From Tubiluchus corallicola (lineage: Eukaryota; Animalia; Priapulida), in the NCBI GenBank assembly GCA_030141605.1, contig JAQGDQ010001828.1:1-23995 (forward strand): a stretch of 23,995 nucleotides of DNA, written 5' to 3'. Of this stretch, positions 21,320 to 23,995 are shown piece after piece. The first letter of the stretch is position 1; every line of letters begins with the position of its first letter. The notes under the pieces are model-generated. The model was not told the origin of the DNA. It ran no database searches and saw nothing but the letters and a program-made list of their open reading frames with translations. Both the position numbers and the translations under genes were made by a program.

Positions 21320-21430
21320 ACTTACTCACTCACTTATTTATTCACCTACTCACACGCTTGTTCCTCCTCTCTCGTTCATTCACACACTCACTCACTCACA
21401 ACTTCACCATCATTTTACTCACTCACATTA
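21320..21430. repeat. Degenerate (ACTC)n microsatellite
   Basis: Interrupted ACTC runs. Confidence 0.75.
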
Positions 21431-22194
21431 CGTTAATGAAAAGCGTGATGGCACTTTGGCAGCACCGATGACTTTATATTTCTCTCGACGACGTTTATCC
21501 AATCACGAGCCCGAATTTTTGCACGTGACCACTGCTTTTGATGCAGAGCTTTGTTTTCCATCGGGAAATCCTGATGGTCTAAACCACCGCTATGCAAGAA
21601 GGACAACTTGAGTGGTAATTAGTCAAGATGTACAAGTCCGATGGTTTAAGCACCGTTCGGGCTTCCGAATGGTTAAATTTCGTCGAGGAAAAAGTTTCGG
21701 AAGAGAGTTGTACTTTCTAGTCAAAAATTATGAAAGTTGAATTTCATCTGCATCACGCAAAACTATCATTCAAACATGTTTTGACTATCAGGACTCATTT
21801 CACGATGAATCTCAGAGTACAGCCAGGACGCCTGACAGTCTAAACGGGTCTTTATATTCAACGAATACAATCTTTTACTTCAAAAATAATTTTGAAATCA
21901 TCCAAGCTTGCCCTGGTCTAACGACAAACCATCATCTTTTCTTCAAAGGCATAATACCGTATTGAAGGCATATTATGTACTGCATAAAATATAAACCAGC
22001 AATAAATATTCATTAAAATTCGAACTTGATCGTAAAATGCTGCACGATTCCGGTAATTTTGTTAATGAAAAATCTGAGGCACATTAAAAGATCAACCACG
22101 TTTTGCTATAACAAGAATATCCGAAGTATTCGATGTCTGCTCTAAGAAATGAAAGAAGTTCTTCATAAAACCTGCAGATTTTAGAGCCCAACAA

Positions 22195-22830
22195 AACCCT
22201 CGACTTACATCAAGCTTAAAAACTCCTCAAAATTTCATACCACTTACGCTGCCCTTTTGCACGCAGGATTGCGTCGGTAGTCATGCTGTCTAAAACAGGT
22301 ATATTTAAACTCCCGTGATGACCGTTAGACGCAGCCATTTTGACGATAAGTCGCTTGAAACAAGTTTACATAACATTGTGTAAAATTTGCAAAAATAATC
22401 AGAGCATGCGTAGCTCACACGTCACTAATTAAGCATAATTTTAAATTACTGTATCTTGTCAATAAAATTAAAAATAGGCTTTTTGGTTACTGAGTGGTGC
22501 ACCCTGGAGGCGAGTCAGTGACATTTTACCAATTGGTGAAAACATTTTAAATAATTACTAATTTTCTTTTCTAGTTACATAAATCTTTCCAGCAGGTAAG
22601 CGAAATGCTAAGTAATATGGATTTGCATGGAAAGTTTTTTTGGGAAATAGTTTAACATTTCCTTTTTTCCCATGATTTACGTTGTGCGTATATGACGTCA
22701 CGTAATGGTGTGCTTGGAACAGTATTGCTTGACATTTAAAATGAAAACAAAAAATCCTTTTAACGCTAGTACGATATACGCATAAAATTGCTACAAAGAA
22801 ATATAGTTCTCTAAAACCTACTTGGGAGCT
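22195..22830 (-). mobile_element. Dispersed repeat family C, uninterrupted copy (termini unresolved, may extend to ~22112)
   Basis: Reverse complement matches 2310-2606 joined to 4781-5140. Confidence 0.88.
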
Positions 22831-23300
22831 CCAATTTTCAATGCCTCTTCCTTCTTCCAATGACGTCATTCGTCTTGGAAAAGTAGCGCAATGTCAATCT
22901 TCATCAAAAGTATAACAAGTTTTTACAAAATAATTAGATAGCCAATTTTGTAATATTTTTGTATGAAGATTAGGTAAGCTGCAGAAATTTGAATTAATTT
23001 AAGCAGTGCGCGCTTACGGAAAACCACGAAGCGCTTACGAAAAGTCACGAAGTCTCCCAGTTACTTCATAATTTTCAAGTGAATGGCGGCAACCACTGTG
23101 TCTGAAAATTTCTATTCAAAGGCAGTGTATTTTAAATTTATTAGAAAGTTTCATTGCAAATTACTTTGTTATATTTGCTAAGTTCAAGTGATAACAGTAA
23201 AATAAACCCAACATGCCGAGTGACTTGTGCTTTCCTTTAATAAAATTAATTTTCCTCAATTTCTATCTTAATTGTTCAACAGCGTTTGATTTTTGGCACG

Positions 23301-23995
23301 TGTTCTACCCTCCCCCCTCGCTTTATCAGCCTGCGTTCCTCCTCCCTCCTCCCTTGCTTTATCAGCCTGCGTTCCCCCTCCTCCCTCGCTTTATCAGCCT
23401 GCGTTCTCCCCTCCTCCCTCGTTTTATCAGCCTGCATTCCCCCTCCTCCCTTGCTTTATCAGCCTGCGTTCCCCCTCCTCCCTCGCTTTATCAGCCTGCG
23501 TTCTACCCTCCCCCCTCGCTTTATCAGCCTGCATTCTCCCCTCCCCCCCTGGTTTTATCAGCCTGCATTCCCCCTCCTCCCTTGCTTTATCAGCCTGCGT
23601 TCCCCCTCCCCCCTCGTTTTATCAGCCTGCATTCCCCCTCCCCCTTTGCTTTATCAGCCTGCGTTCTCCCCTCCCCCCTCGCTTTATCAGCCTACATTCT
23701 CCCCTACCCCCTTGCTTTATCAGCCTGCGTTCCCCCTCCCCCTTTGCTTTATCAGCCTGCGTTCTCCCCTACCCCCTCTCTTTATCAGCCTGCATTCTCC
23801 CCTCCCCCTTTGCTTTATCAGCCTGCGTTCTCCCCTACCCCCTCGCTTTATCAGCCTACATTCTCCCCTACCCCCTCGCTTTATCAGCCTGCGTTCCCCC
23901 TCCCCCTTTGCTTTATCAGCCTGCGTTCTCCCCTACCCCCTCTCTTTATCAGCCTGCATTCTCCCCTCCCCCTCGCTTTATCAGCCTGCATTCTC
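23301..23995. repeat. C-rich minisatellite, 32-33-bp unit, 21 copies, runs off the window
   Basis: CTTTATCAGCCTGCRTT(CT)CCCCTCCCCCYTYG; 21 occurrences of TTTATCAGC counted. Confidence 0.97.

Noticed and set aside
21540-22110. Degenerate transposase or tyrosine recombinase remnant
   Set aside because: The frames I translated are interrupted by stops and show no convincing catalytic motif.

Overview
AT-rich, repeat-dense, essentially non-coding DNA that looks like an invertebrate animal genome; the taxon cannot be determined. No intact protein-coding gene is supportable, and most of the longer ORFs in the track are translations of microsatellites or minisatellites. The window is a mosaic of: (i) a non-autonomous Helitron (2607-4780, minus strand) with A|TC...CTAG|T ends, a 3' hairpin and a duplicated 5' module, inserted into an older dispersed repeat whose uninterrupted copy lies at ~22195-22830; (ii) two families of TTAA-flanked AG...CT (Kolobok-type) MITEs in eight full or partial copies; (iii) a TTA-flanked Harbinger-type MITE; (iv) decayed LINE 3' ends and a Penelope-like pseudo-LTR with a degenerate hammerhead core; (v) a cluster of three tRNA-like modules; (vi) five minisatellite arrays (68, 50, 47, 93 and 32-33 bp units) and many microsatellites; (vii) two candidate E2F/CDE-CHR promoter islands and splice signals hinting at a minus-strand spliced non-coding or small-ORF transcript. 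All alignments were done by eye.
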